Positions 29,292-37,669 of a stretch of 64,000 bases of DNA are shown piece after piece. The DNA comes from a bacterium (GTDB lineage: Bacteria > UBA8248). The stretch's first letter is position 1. Each line of letters begins with the position of its first letter. The notes beneath the pieces were generated by a model. That model was not told where the DNA came from and ran no database searches. It saw only the letters and a list, made by a program, of their open reading frames with translations. A program made the translations under genes and the position numbers. The DNA lies in the NCBI GenBank assembly GCA_965204535.1, contig CBDBEV010000001.1, forward strand, positions 2,368,001 through 2,432,000, given 5' to 3'.

Positions 29292-29311
29292 CATCAATTA
29301 TCGGACTCCAG
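29278..29311. other. lox-like recombination site B-right (inverted core)
   Basis: ATATTTTCTGATA-A CATCAA T-TATCGGACTCCAG; the core is the reverse complement of TTGATG. Confidence 0.85.
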
Positions 29312-29314
29312 CAC

Positions 29315-29354
29315 AGCCGTTTCGCCAGTATTCCCCTGCGAAACGGCTTTTTTT
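29315..29354 (+). terminator. Intrinsic terminator insulating the recombinase from switch B
   Basis: AGCCGTTTCGC-N12-GCGAAACGGCT followed by a T run. Confidence 0.8.
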
Positions 29355-29417
29355 GTGGAAATCCCCCGTCGTCGTCTATACTTGGTAATCAAGGAGGCGC
29401 TCGATCGGCCTCAGGGA

Positions 29418-30290
29418 ATGGAAACGGCCGCCGACCTGGCGAAGGCGTCGATGTCTGAGAACACGCGGCGAGTGTACGAGACTGCCCTGCGGAGGTTCGA
29501 GCGATCGGGAAACCCCGAGACCGACGCCGGGATAGCGGCGCACCTGGGGGACCTCTACGAGGGGGGGCACGCGGCGGCCGTGGCCGCGATGGCGGTCGCG
29601 GCGCTTCGCTTCCGGGCGAAGCTGAACGGCCGGCCCTCCCCGGTGGGGGCGGCCTCGGAGCGGGTGCTGGCCGGCTTCCGGCGCCTGGCCGCAGAGCGGG
29701 GCCGGGGCCAGGTGGCGGGGGTGCGCTGGGAGCAGGCGGACCGGGCGGCGGCGCTGGCCGAGGGAACGGGGACCCTGGCCGGTCTGCGCGACGCGGCGAT
29801 CGTGGCGGTGGCGAGCGACGCCCTGCTCCGGGTGTCGGAGGTCGAGGCGCTCGACGTCGCCGACGTGGACCTCGACGAGCAGACGGTGCTGATCCGCCGC
29901 TCGAAGACGGACCAGGAGGCCGAGGGCGTCGTACAGTTTCTGGGCGAGCCGACGGTGGCGCGCGTCGGGGCCTGGCTGGCGCGCGCGGGTCTTGAGGAGG
30001 GAGCGCTCTTCCGGGGCGTGTACAAGGGGGGACGGCTTCGGCCGGGGCGCCTGACGGAGAGGAGCATCCGGAGCATCATCGCGCGGTGGGGGAAGGCCGC
30101 GGGCGTGGAGGGGCGCATCAGCGGGCACAGCCTTCGCGTGGGCAGCGCCCAGAGCCTGGCCACGGCGGGGGCGTCGCTGGTCGAGATGCAGATTGCCGGG
30201 CGCTGGCAGTCGCCGGTCATGCCGGGGCGCTACGCGCAGGGACAGCTCGCGAAACAGGGCGCGATGGCGAGGCTGCGCTACGGGCGGTGA
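29418..30290 (+). CDS. Cre-like tyrosine recombinase (putative invertase), intact, 290 aa
   Basis: Catalytic residues R (LLRVSE), K (RSKTDQ), HxxR (GHSLRVG), W (AGRW, as in Cre) and Y (PGRY). Confidence 0.92.
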   Translation: METAADLAKASMSENTRRVYETALRRFERSGNPETDAGIAAHLGDLYEGGHAAAVAAMAVAALRFRAKLNGRPSPVGAASERVLAGFRRLAAERGRGQVAGVRWEQADRAAALAEGTGTLAGLRDAAIVAVASDALLRVSEVEALDVADVDLDEQTVLIRRSKTDQEAEGVVQFLGEPTVARVGAWLARAGLEEGALFRGVYKGGRLRPGRLTERSIRSIIARWGKAAGVEGRISGHSLRVGSAQSLATAGASLVEMQIAGRWQSPVMPGRYAQGQLAKQGAMARLRYGR

Positions 30291-30484
30291 GGTCCGCCCG
30301 GCGTTTCGTCGAACACGGAACAGGCACGAAGAGAATTCGCGGCGGGCGCGACCCGCCCGCGTCCGGAATTCAGGAGGACGATGGTCTCGCGCTCCTGCGC
30401 CGCGGCCTCCTCCGTCGTGAGCATGTCCCTGGTTCCCGCAAGGTCCGCCGCGTGCGGGACGCCCGTCTTCTCCCGAATACCTCT

Positions 30485-31186
30485 CTACCGCCTCTTCTTT
30501 CTCCGGGCGGCTCTCTCCTCGGACGTGGAAGTCCACCTCCGGGCGGAGGCCCACTTCTCGAGGTCTTCGAGCAGGTAGCGCACCCGGTATCCGGTGCGAA
30601 GAAAATCCGGCCCCTCGCCGCTCACGCGGTAGCGCTCGAGCGTCCTGGGCGAGAGGCCGAGCCAGGCGGCCGCCTCCCGCGTGTCCAGCTGGTTCTCCCC
30701 CGCGCGCTCATCGGCGTCTCCCGCGGCGTCCCACGTCCCGTCGAACGGGTCGGGCAAGTCCGCGAGCCTCTCGCGTATGGCGCGGACCTCCTCTCCCGTC
30801 GCGTTGGCCGCCATCCAGGCGCGCACCCGGTCGAAGGTCTTGAGATACGGCGAGGCGCCCCGGCGCAGCCTCCCCACGAAGGAGGGATTCCCCACGGTCT
30901 CCTCGCCCAGGATCGAGACCTTGGTCCCGCTCACCGCGAGAAACGCCTCGACCTCGGCCCGCAGGAGCGGTCCCAGGGGCGGGTACCCCATGAACGCGAG
31001 CACCCGGTCCGCCGTGTCGACCCGCAGGGGCCGCCCCCGGGCCTGCAGTCCCACGAAGCCGGGAATGCCCAGCGCGCCCACCCCGAAGCGCCGCGCGCTC
31101 ATCCCGCGGCGCGCGCGCCAGAGCGCAATGCTCCGGCGCAGCCGCTCGTCCAGCGGGGTGTCGGTATCGTCTTTGAACGCGGTCAT
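30485..31186 (-). CDS. Tandem Cro/XRE-like domains plus C-terminal excisionase-like HTH, copy B
   Basis: Near-identical to 23842..24561. Confidence 0.8.
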   Translation of the reverse strand: MTAFKDDTDTPLDERLRRSIALWRARRGMSARRFGVGALGIPGFVGLQARGRPLRVDTADRVLAFMGYPPLGPLLRAEVEAFLAVSGTKVSILGEETVGNPSFVGRLRRGASPYLKTFDRVRAWMAANATGEEVRAIRERLADLPDPFDGTWDAAGDADERAGENQLDTREAAAWLGLSPRTLERYRVSGEGPDFLRTGYRVRYLLEDLEKWASARRWTSTSEERAARRKKRR

Positions 31187-31396
31187 GGCGCGCGAACATA
31201 AGGAAAGGACGAGCGCCCGTTCAATCGTTGTTTCTAGCGCGGAAGGTACACCCGTGAAGAGTCCGCGACCGCTCCCGCGAGCGGGTCGCTCATCGGTTCA
31301 GCCTGAAATCAAGGGGGTTTCCCGGAAAACGAAGGTCGCCGGAGAACGTGCAGCGAGGCGCTACGGAAAAAAAGGAAGGATGTTGCTCACACCGCG

Positions 31397-31480
31397 GCGC
31401 CCTGTTTCGCGAGTCGCCCCTGCGAATGGCGCTCCGGCATGACCGGCGATTGGCGGCGCCCGGCGAGTTGCATCTCGACC
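31397..31480 (-). pseudogene. Inverted 84-bp remnant of the recombinase 3' end, copy B
   Basis: VEMQLAGRRQSPVMPERHSQGRLAKQGA against VEMQIAGRWQSPVMPGRYAQGQLAKQGA at 30179..30262. Confidence 0.85.
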
Positions 31481-31838
31481 GGATTCGTTTGCCTCGTGAC
31501 GAAGTAGGCATTACCGCCGACCGGTTCCGGCCTGACGCCGGCATCCATGAGATGAAAGCCGGTACCGGTATGCTGCTCAGGCACCTCGAATGCCTGCAAC
31601 TCCTGGTGAATCGGATAGCAAGGAAAGTATCGAGCCGAACCGATTGCGTTCGAACAGCATCTCGAACTGCAGCTGTTCAGGAACTGCCGTCATGGCTTGT
31701 TTGAACGGTAACTTCGAACCTTCACGGACGCGCGTCCGCCGTGATACGCTGGAGTTTGAATGAGTCCGCTTTCGGCTTGATTACGGCTCGCGGAAGGCGA
31801 ATTCCGGCAGGCATGAGCGAACCATATAACCGACATTA

Positions 31839-31851
31839 TATCAATGAGTTA
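31839..31851 (+). promoter_or_regulatory. IHF consensus site in an AT-rich patch at the right border of the accessory region
   Basis: TATCAATGAGTTA matches WATCAANNNNTTR. Confidence 0.4.
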
Positions 31852-32224
31852 TTTGGATTTCATCGCCGATGAGAACGGCCCGGAATATCCGATGAGGTTG
31901 ATTTATCGAAAAACATCGTGAATTTATCTAATTTTATCGAATTTTTCAGAAATTCCATCGGTGCCGAACGAGTCGGACGGCTTCACCATCATACTGGAAT
32001 CTCCCGAACCTGCGCAGACGGCAAATGCGGGCAAACGCGCGCGCACGATGTCCGCTCCGGGATGCTCCCTTGGCACGCGGCCATCCGGCGAAACGTAACC
32101 GGTCACCCCTTTCCGCCCCGGCTCCGACTCTCTAAAAAAACTACTCTTACCCGTTGCGCTATGCTAACTTACTTTTCCGGGCAGCCGGATGTATGTGAAC
32201 AGCCCGTTATGGAAGGAGTAAGCC

Positions 32225-33202
32225 ATGAGCAGCCATCCTTTCGACAACGAGTTCCTCATCACCCCTGAGCACAAGGAGCAATTCCGGCGCGACGGCTTCG
32301 TCAAACTGGAAGGGTTCTACAACTCTGAAGTGGTCGAGGCGCTGCTTGCTCGCGTCGAAGCCGAAATGGACCGGGGGGAAACCGGCAGTTTCAAGACCTA
32401 TGCAATGTTCAATCGAGCGAAGTATGACTTCGCGGGTGAAATGAGCGACATCTATGAACTGCTGGAACAGCCTTACTTGCGAAGGGCTCTTACGGATCTG
32501 GTCGAACTCGATCTCTTTCTGACCTTCGAGCAGTGCTTTGAAATCGAAAAGAACGTCAGCAAGGGGTTTCCTTGGCATGTCGGCGCGCAGAGCTTCGGTT
32601 TTCAGCTCGCGGAAGAATTCGGATGCACGCTATGGGGGCCGCTGCATCCCGTGGACACGAAGGGCCAGCGGGGCGGGATGGCTTATGTCCCCGATCACGT
32701 CATATCGGGCGATTTCATCTTCCACCAGATCGAGCCGGCGATTGTCTCGACGCTGGAGGCCAAGGAGCAAGCCGGTGTCAGGACGAACGTAAATGAATAC
32801 TTCGACATGCGTTCGGGGATCCTCAATTCACCGACCATGTGCGAGATACTCGAGAACCACCAGGTCGAAGACGATTTCGCGCCCGGCGACGCGCTCCTGT
32901 TCAACAAAATGGTCGTCCACCGGAGCATCATGCTCGGTGAGGGCGCGCTTCCCAGGCGCGCCGCCTACGTGATGCGCTTCATCGATGCGGGCTCGCACTA
33001 CGATCTGGAGCGGGCGCGGATGCTCGAATTCCCCGTGGAAATGTACGGAAAGGGGTTCTTTCCGTATAAACCTTTCACCCGTCAGCACATTGAGATTGCA
33101 GAAGCCGGAGCGAGCGACGGCGACCTTCTCGCGGAATGCGCCTTTTTCGACAACCGCGAGCGTCGTACCATCCGGCGCGAACGCTCTCTCCAGGCCGGTT
33201 GA
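32225..33202 (+). CDS. PhyH-family Fe(II)/2-oxoglutarate enzyme with HxG motif (candidate halogenase 1)
   Basis: F.RDGFV, WHVG, GDALLF....VHRS, RRAAYVMR. AAGGAG RBS. Confidence 0.85.
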   Translation: MSSHPFDNEFLITPEHKEQFRRDGFVKLEGFYNSEVVEALLARVEAEMDRGETGSFKTYAMFNRAKYDFAGEMSDIYELLEQPYLRRALTDLVELDLFLTFEQCFEIEKNVSKGFPWHVGAQSFGFQLAEEFGCTLWGPLHPVDTKGQRGGMAYVPDHVISGDFIFHQIEPAIVSTLEAKEQAGVRTNVNEYFDMRSGILNSPTMCEILENHQVEDDFAPGDALLFNKMVVHRSIMLGEGALPRRAAYVMRFIDAGSHYDLERARMLEFPVEMYGKGFFPYKPFTRQHIEIAEAGASDGDLLAECAFFDNRERRTIRRERSLQAG

Positions 33203-33234
33203 ATATCGCCGGTGGAAACGCGCAGGAGGACATG

Positions 33235-34245
33235 ATGAGCAGCCATCCTTTCGACAACGAGTTCTTCATCACCCCGGAGCAGAAGGAGCAATTCCGACGC
33301 GACGGCTTCGTCAAACTGGAAGGATTCTTGAACGATAACGTGGTCGAGACGCTTCTGAATCGTGTCGAAGTCGAATTGAGTGGAGAGGGGGCCACCAATT
33401 TCAACAAATCTCGTTCAGCGGAGCTTCTCGACATACGAACGACGTATGACTTCGAGACCGATAAATCGGAAGTCTATGAACTGATGGAACGGCCTTATTT
33501 CCGGCGGGCTCTGACGGATCTGGCCGAATGCGATCTCTTTCTGACTGCCGAGTTGTGCTTTGAAATCGAAAAGAACGTCAGCAAGGGGCTCCCCTGGCAT
33601 GTCGGCGTGCAGAGTTTCGGCTTTCAGCCCGCTGAGGAATTCGCGTGCACCATTTGGGCGCCGCTGCATCCCGTGGATACGAAGGGTCAGCGGGGCGGAA
33701 TGGCTTATGTCCCCCAGAACGTCATATCGGGCGATTTCGTCTTCCGCCAGGTCGAGCCGGCGGTTGTCTCGACGCTGGAGGCCAAGGAGCGCACCGGGGT
33801 CAGGACGAACGTAAATGAGTACTTCGCCATGCGCGAAGGAATCCTCAATTCGCCGACCATGTGCGAGATACTGGAGAACCACCAGGTCGAAGACGATTTC
33901 GCGCCCGGCGACGCGCTCCTGTTCAACAAAATGGTCGTCCACCGCAGCATCATGCTCGGTGAGGGAGCGCTTCCCAGGCGCGCCGCCTACGCGATGCGCT
34001 TTGTGGATGTTGGGTCGCACTACGATCTTGAGCGGGCGAAAAACCTCGAATACCCCGCGGAAAAGTACGGGAAGGGGTTCTTCCCGTATAAACCGATTAC
34101 CCGTTTCCACATTGAAATCGCGGAAGCCGGAGCGCGCGACGGAGACGTTCTCGCGGAATGCGCCTTTTTCGATAACCGCGAGCGTCGTACGATCCGGCGC
34201 GAACGGGACTTTCAACCTGAACCAAAGGAACGCGTGGAACGATGA
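33235..34245 (+). CDS. PhyH-family Fe(II)/2-oxoglutarate enzyme with HxG motif (candidate halogenase 2, paralog)
   Basis: Tandem duplicate with the same motifs (WHVG, VVHRS, RRAAYAMR). AGGAGG RBS. Confidence 0.85.
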   Translation: MSSHPFDNEFFITPEQKEQFRRDGFVKLEGFLNDNVVETLLNRVEVELSGEGATNFNKSRSAELLDIRTTYDFETDKSEVYELMERPYFRRALTDLAECDLFLTAELCFEIEKNVSKGLPWHVGVQSFGFQPAEEFACTIWAPLHPVDTKGQRGGMAYVPQNVISGDFVFRQVEPAVVSTLEAKERTGVRTNVNEYFAMREGILNSPTMCEILENHQVEDDFAPGDALLFNKMVVHRSIMLGEGALPRRAAYAMRFVDVGSHYDLERAKNLEYPAEKYGKGFFPYKPITRFHIEIAEAGARDGDVLAECAFFDNRERRTIRRERDFQPEPKERVER

Positions 34246-35429
34246 AGCACGACCGTCAGATGGCGTTGCTCGACAGAATGCTTGAACTCCGCGGGCGACG
34301 CGAAGACCAACAGATTTACGACACGGTCTTGCGTCTGCCCCTCGACGTCTATACCAGCCAGGAGATATTCGAACGCGAGCTCGAAACGCTGTTTTTCGAC
34401 AGTCCGCTCGTGGCCGGGCACATGGGCAGCGTCCGTGAGCCTGGCAGTTACATGCTCAGCGACTGGACGCGCCAACCGTATTTCGTTGTCCGGGGCGAAG
34501 ACGGCGTACTCCGGGCATTTCTGAACACCTGCCGCCATCGGGGCGCGCCGCTTATTGTCAGGGAGAACGACGAACCGTTACGGGCGCTGGTTTGTCCGTT
34601 TCACGGGTGGACATATGGCCTGGACGGCGCGCTGCGGGGTATTCCGCGGTCATCCGCCTTTCCTTGCATCGACAAGCGGGACTACGGCCTGAAAGAGTGT
34701 TCGGTGGCGGAGAGCGCGGGATTGGTATGGGTTCACCCGAATCGGAAAGAATCGTTCGATCCGGCACAGGATATGGGCGCTTTCGCGGAAGATTTCGCGG
34801 AGTTCCGTCTTGATCGTTTTGTCAGCTACGGAAGGGTCGTGACGGAGAAAAAGGCCAACTGGAAGCTTCTTATGCAGATAAACCTGGAAGGCTACCATGT
34901 TGCGCATCTTCACAAAGGAACCTTGGCTCCGAATTTCCGCGAAGGTTTTCTTTCCCACGACGCGGAGGGGCCTCATCTGCGCGTTATGGCCGCACAAACG
35001 AACTTGCCGGATGCGGAAAACGTCCCGGAGAAACAGAGAAAGCTGCTCGACTTCATATCGCTTTTTTATGTTCTGTTCCCCAACACGATTTTCATTGTGC
35101 GCAAAGACACCATTTTAATCAGCAGGTTCTTGCCGCTGGCCCCAGATCGAACGCTCTGCTCGCAGGAACTGCTCTATCTTCCCGATAAATACGTCGGGGA
35201 GTCGGGGCAGAAAGCGTTGCGCAACCGCCTCCTCTACGCGGAGGTCACGTTGGACGACGAAGATTACACGATGGGGGAACGGGTTCAGGCCAACCTGCTG
35301 AACGGAGTGAACGAAACCCACATGCTGGGTCTCGAGGAAGGGCTCCTGATGGTGTTTCAGGAGATAGTCAGCAAGAGGTTGGCCGCGCGGGACGCCACGA
35401 CCGCAGACAGCCCCTGGCGAGGTTGTTAA
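34242..35429 (+). CDS. Rieske non-heme iron oxygenase, alpha subunit
   Basis: CRHRG...CPFHGW cluster motif, EGYH....H and EDY iron ligands. ATGA overlap with the upstream gene. Confidence 0.92.
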   Translation: MKHDRQMALLDRMLELRGRREDQQIYDTVLRLPLDVYTSQEIFERELETLFFDSPLVAGHMGSVREPGSYMLSDWTRQPYFVVRGEDGVLRAFLNTCRHRGAPLIVRENDEPLRALVCPFHGWTYGLDGALRGIPRSSAFPCIDKRDYGLKECSVAESAGLVWVHPNRKESFDPAQDMGAFAEDFAEFRLDRFVSYGRVVTEKKANWKLLMQINLEGYHVAHLHKGTLAPNFREGFLSHDAEGPHLRVMAAQTNLPDAENVPEKQRKLLDFISLFYVLFPNTIFIVRKDTILISRFLPLAPDRTLCSQELLYLPDKYVGESGQKALRNRLLYAEVTLDDEDYTMGERVQANLLNGVNETHMLGLEEGLLMVFQEIVSKRLAARDATTADSPWRGC

Positions 35430-35603
35430 GAAACTCCTCCTCGTTCGGAATTGCCCACCGCCGGAATGACGAACAAAACCGCAAGGGCCGTAGGGACAGG
35501 CCCCCGTGCCTGTCCGATGTCCTGTTCTGCAAGGGACAACCACAGGGGGCAGGACAACCCTTTTAGGTTGTCCTGCTACAAACCCATTTCCCCGATCGCC
35601 TCG

Positions 35604-35733
35604 AACCCCCCCTACCCCCCCTTGACAGGGGGGTAAAAAAGCAATGCCCCTGACAAGAGGTAAGAACAAAGAAGGTCCCCCCGACAGAGGGGCATAAAAA
35701 AAGACCCCCCTGACAAGGGGGGGGTAGGGGGGG
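35604..35733. repeat. Composite C-run/G-run hairpin element, copy 2, next to GTAG-type REPs (35490..35579)
   Basis: Colinear with 26648..26777. Confidence 0.7.
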
Positions 35734-35964
35734 TGCTCTTTTGAAAAAGGCTTTTTCCCAACGCCCTGGCTTGTGGCCTGTCCCTGACGGGGGATATCCC
35801 GCAGGCTGTTGAACTCGATGTGACAGAGGTGGCGGCTCCTTCACCTGTCGTTTGGGAGGACAGGGGCGACAACCAAAGGAGGAGAAGCCACCGGCTTACG
35901 AGGCGCGAACAGTAAGCGGAAAGACGCTCGCCGTCGATGCCTTCTCCGACCGACCGCGCGCGGC

Positions 35965-36864
35965 CTAGCGAATTCCCTGGCTTGCCAGATATTCCCGGAC
36001 CATCGCGGCGCACTCCTCCGGCTTTTCCACCTGCAGGAAGTGCGAAGCCTCGGGCACGAAGTCGTAGTCGACGGCCGTTGCGTGACTCAGGTTGAAAGTC
36101 GGCAGGTATGCGTGCGGCAGCGTGGGGTCGGCTCCGATGACCTTCGTCGGGCAGGTCAGTGTCGTCAAATCCAGCAAAGGCGAGAAGCTCCTCGTATATT
36201 CCGCGATCTGGGCCTCGTAATCGCGAGGGCAGCGGAGTTCGTAAGCCTCTCCATCGGCGCTCTTGCGAAGGGTCGACCGCGCTATGAGATCGCGCACCCC
36301 CGGTAGGACGCGGGCGTATCCGGGGAAGATGGCGAGGATTTCGGCTAACTGCTCTAGGCTCTCAAACCGATCCGTCCGTTTCCGGAGCATCGCCGCCATC
36401 CGTTCCGTCGCCGCGACCCATTCCGCCTCTTTCCCGGCGGGTTTGCACAGCGGCGGGTCGAACAGAACCAGCGCGGAATAGACATCGTTGAAGGAAAGGA
36501 GCGTCACAAGCGTCGAAAGGGAGTGAAATACGCCCACGGTCGGTTTTTCGCCGTATTCCTCGACGATGGCGTCGAGAATGAGGTCATGGTCGGAAATCAG
36601 TACCGGAATGTTGTGATCCCGCTGCGCGCCGACGCCATTCCAGCCGTGGTTCCTGAGGTCGTAGACCATCAGGTCGAAATCGTCGGCGAGCAGCGACCAG
36701 AACGGATAATAGAGATCGATAGCGAGACCGTTGCCGTGGGTCAGGACGAGCCGGGGACCGGCCGAATTGCCGTGTCGCCGCACCGTGGTCACAGCGTGTT
36801 CGTCGAGTCGAACTTCACATGTCGAAACGGGCTCGGGTATCGTCCAATGCGCTTCTTCCGTCAT
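35965..36864 (-). CDS. Alpha/beta hydrolase of the sup cluster (SupD-like)
   Basis: HGNG, YDLRNHG, nucleophile elbow FHSLS, C-terminal SHFLQVEKPE. Confidence 0.85.
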   Translation of the reverse strand: MTEEAHWTIPEPVSTCEVRLDEHAVTTVRRHGNSAGPRLVLTHGNGLAIDLYYPFWSLLADDFDLMVYDLRNHGWNGVGAQRDHNIPVLISDHDLILDAIVEEYGEKPTVGVFHSLSTLVTLLSFNDVYSALVLFDPPLCKPAGKEAEWVAATERMAAMLRKRTDRFESLEQLAEILAIFPGYARVLPGVRDLIARSTLRKSADGEAYELRCPRDYEAQIAEYTRSFSPLLDLTTLTCPTKVIGADPTLPHAYLPTFNLSHATAVDYDFVPEASHFLQVEKPEECAAMVREYLASQGIR

Positions 36865-36905
36865 ATCCGAAAGCCTGGTTGCGCCCGAGCGTCGAGGAAC
36901 GCCGC

Positions 36906-37133
36906 TCAGCCGCGCGCGTCGATATGATCTGCAAGTTCCTGCAAAGTCTGGAACTTCGAGAAGTCCTCTATGGCCATCCCGAGGCCGAACTCCTCGTTGA
37001 CGAGTTTGAAGAAGGCAACCGCCTCCATCGAGGTAACCTCTACTTCGGCGAGCTGGGTGTTGAAATCCGGTTCATGGTCGATGTCGAAACTGCTAGCAAT
37101 GATTTTCTTGATGCGATCCTGGGTCGCCGACAT
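36906..37133 (-). CDS. Free-standing acyl carrier protein
   Basis: 75 aa, acidic, VTSMEAV Ppant serine, EEFG. Confidence 0.85.
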   Translation of the reverse strand: MSATQDRIKKIIASSFDIDHEPDFNTQLAEVEVTSMEAVAFFKLVNEEFGLGMAIEDFSKFQTLQELADHIDARG

Positions 37134-37421
37134 AAATGTGCACTCCTTTTCCGGTGGTAGCTAACGTGAGATTCTGAAACGGGCACGTTTCACGAGATTC
37201 GAAGCGCTATTATAAGTGAAGCATCCGCATCCTGACAAGCATCCGGTCCCGAAGGCCCGCATCAATGATTTCGGCATGGCGCGACGGCGGGCCGCCTACC
37301 GTCCCAGATGAGCGCCGCAGCGCAGTCGGTCACACCGACGATGAACTTCCGAGCGGTTTCCCGCTTTCCCCTTGAGGGGGTTGCCCAAAAAGCCCCCTGA
37401 CAAGGGGGGTTGGGGGGTTCT

Positions 37422-37492
37422 GTAGGGGTCGCATACATGCGACCCGGCCTTTTTTCGCCGCCCGTCATGGGCCGCATATATGCGGCCCCTAC
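37422..37492. repeat. GTAG-family REP doublet
   Basis: GTAGGGGTCGCATACATGCGACCC ... GGGCCGCATATATGCGGCCCCTAC in inverted arrangement. Confidence 0.75.
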
Positions 37493-37669
37493 AATATGTA
37501 TGCGTGGGACGCTCCTAAGGGGATGGGCGGACACATAGGTCCGCCCGCTCGTGCAACAGACTTTTTCAACCCAAGGGGGAGTGATACGTCGTTCCCCGTC
37601 GAATCCAAAGCCCGGAATCCCGCTTCAAGCCATGTATATAATTCTTCTCGTCTGTGTGCGAACAAGCGG

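Noticed and set aside
29255-29420. Feedback loop in which the OFF promoter drives the recombinase
   Set aside because: A strong intrinsic terminator (29315-29354) lies in between, and the recombinase has its own candidate promoter.
31885-31912. Possible fifth lox-like site (TCCGATGA-GGTTGAT-TTATCGAA)
   Set aside because: The core is 7 bp rather than 6, the CTGG outer arm is absent and there is no partner site.
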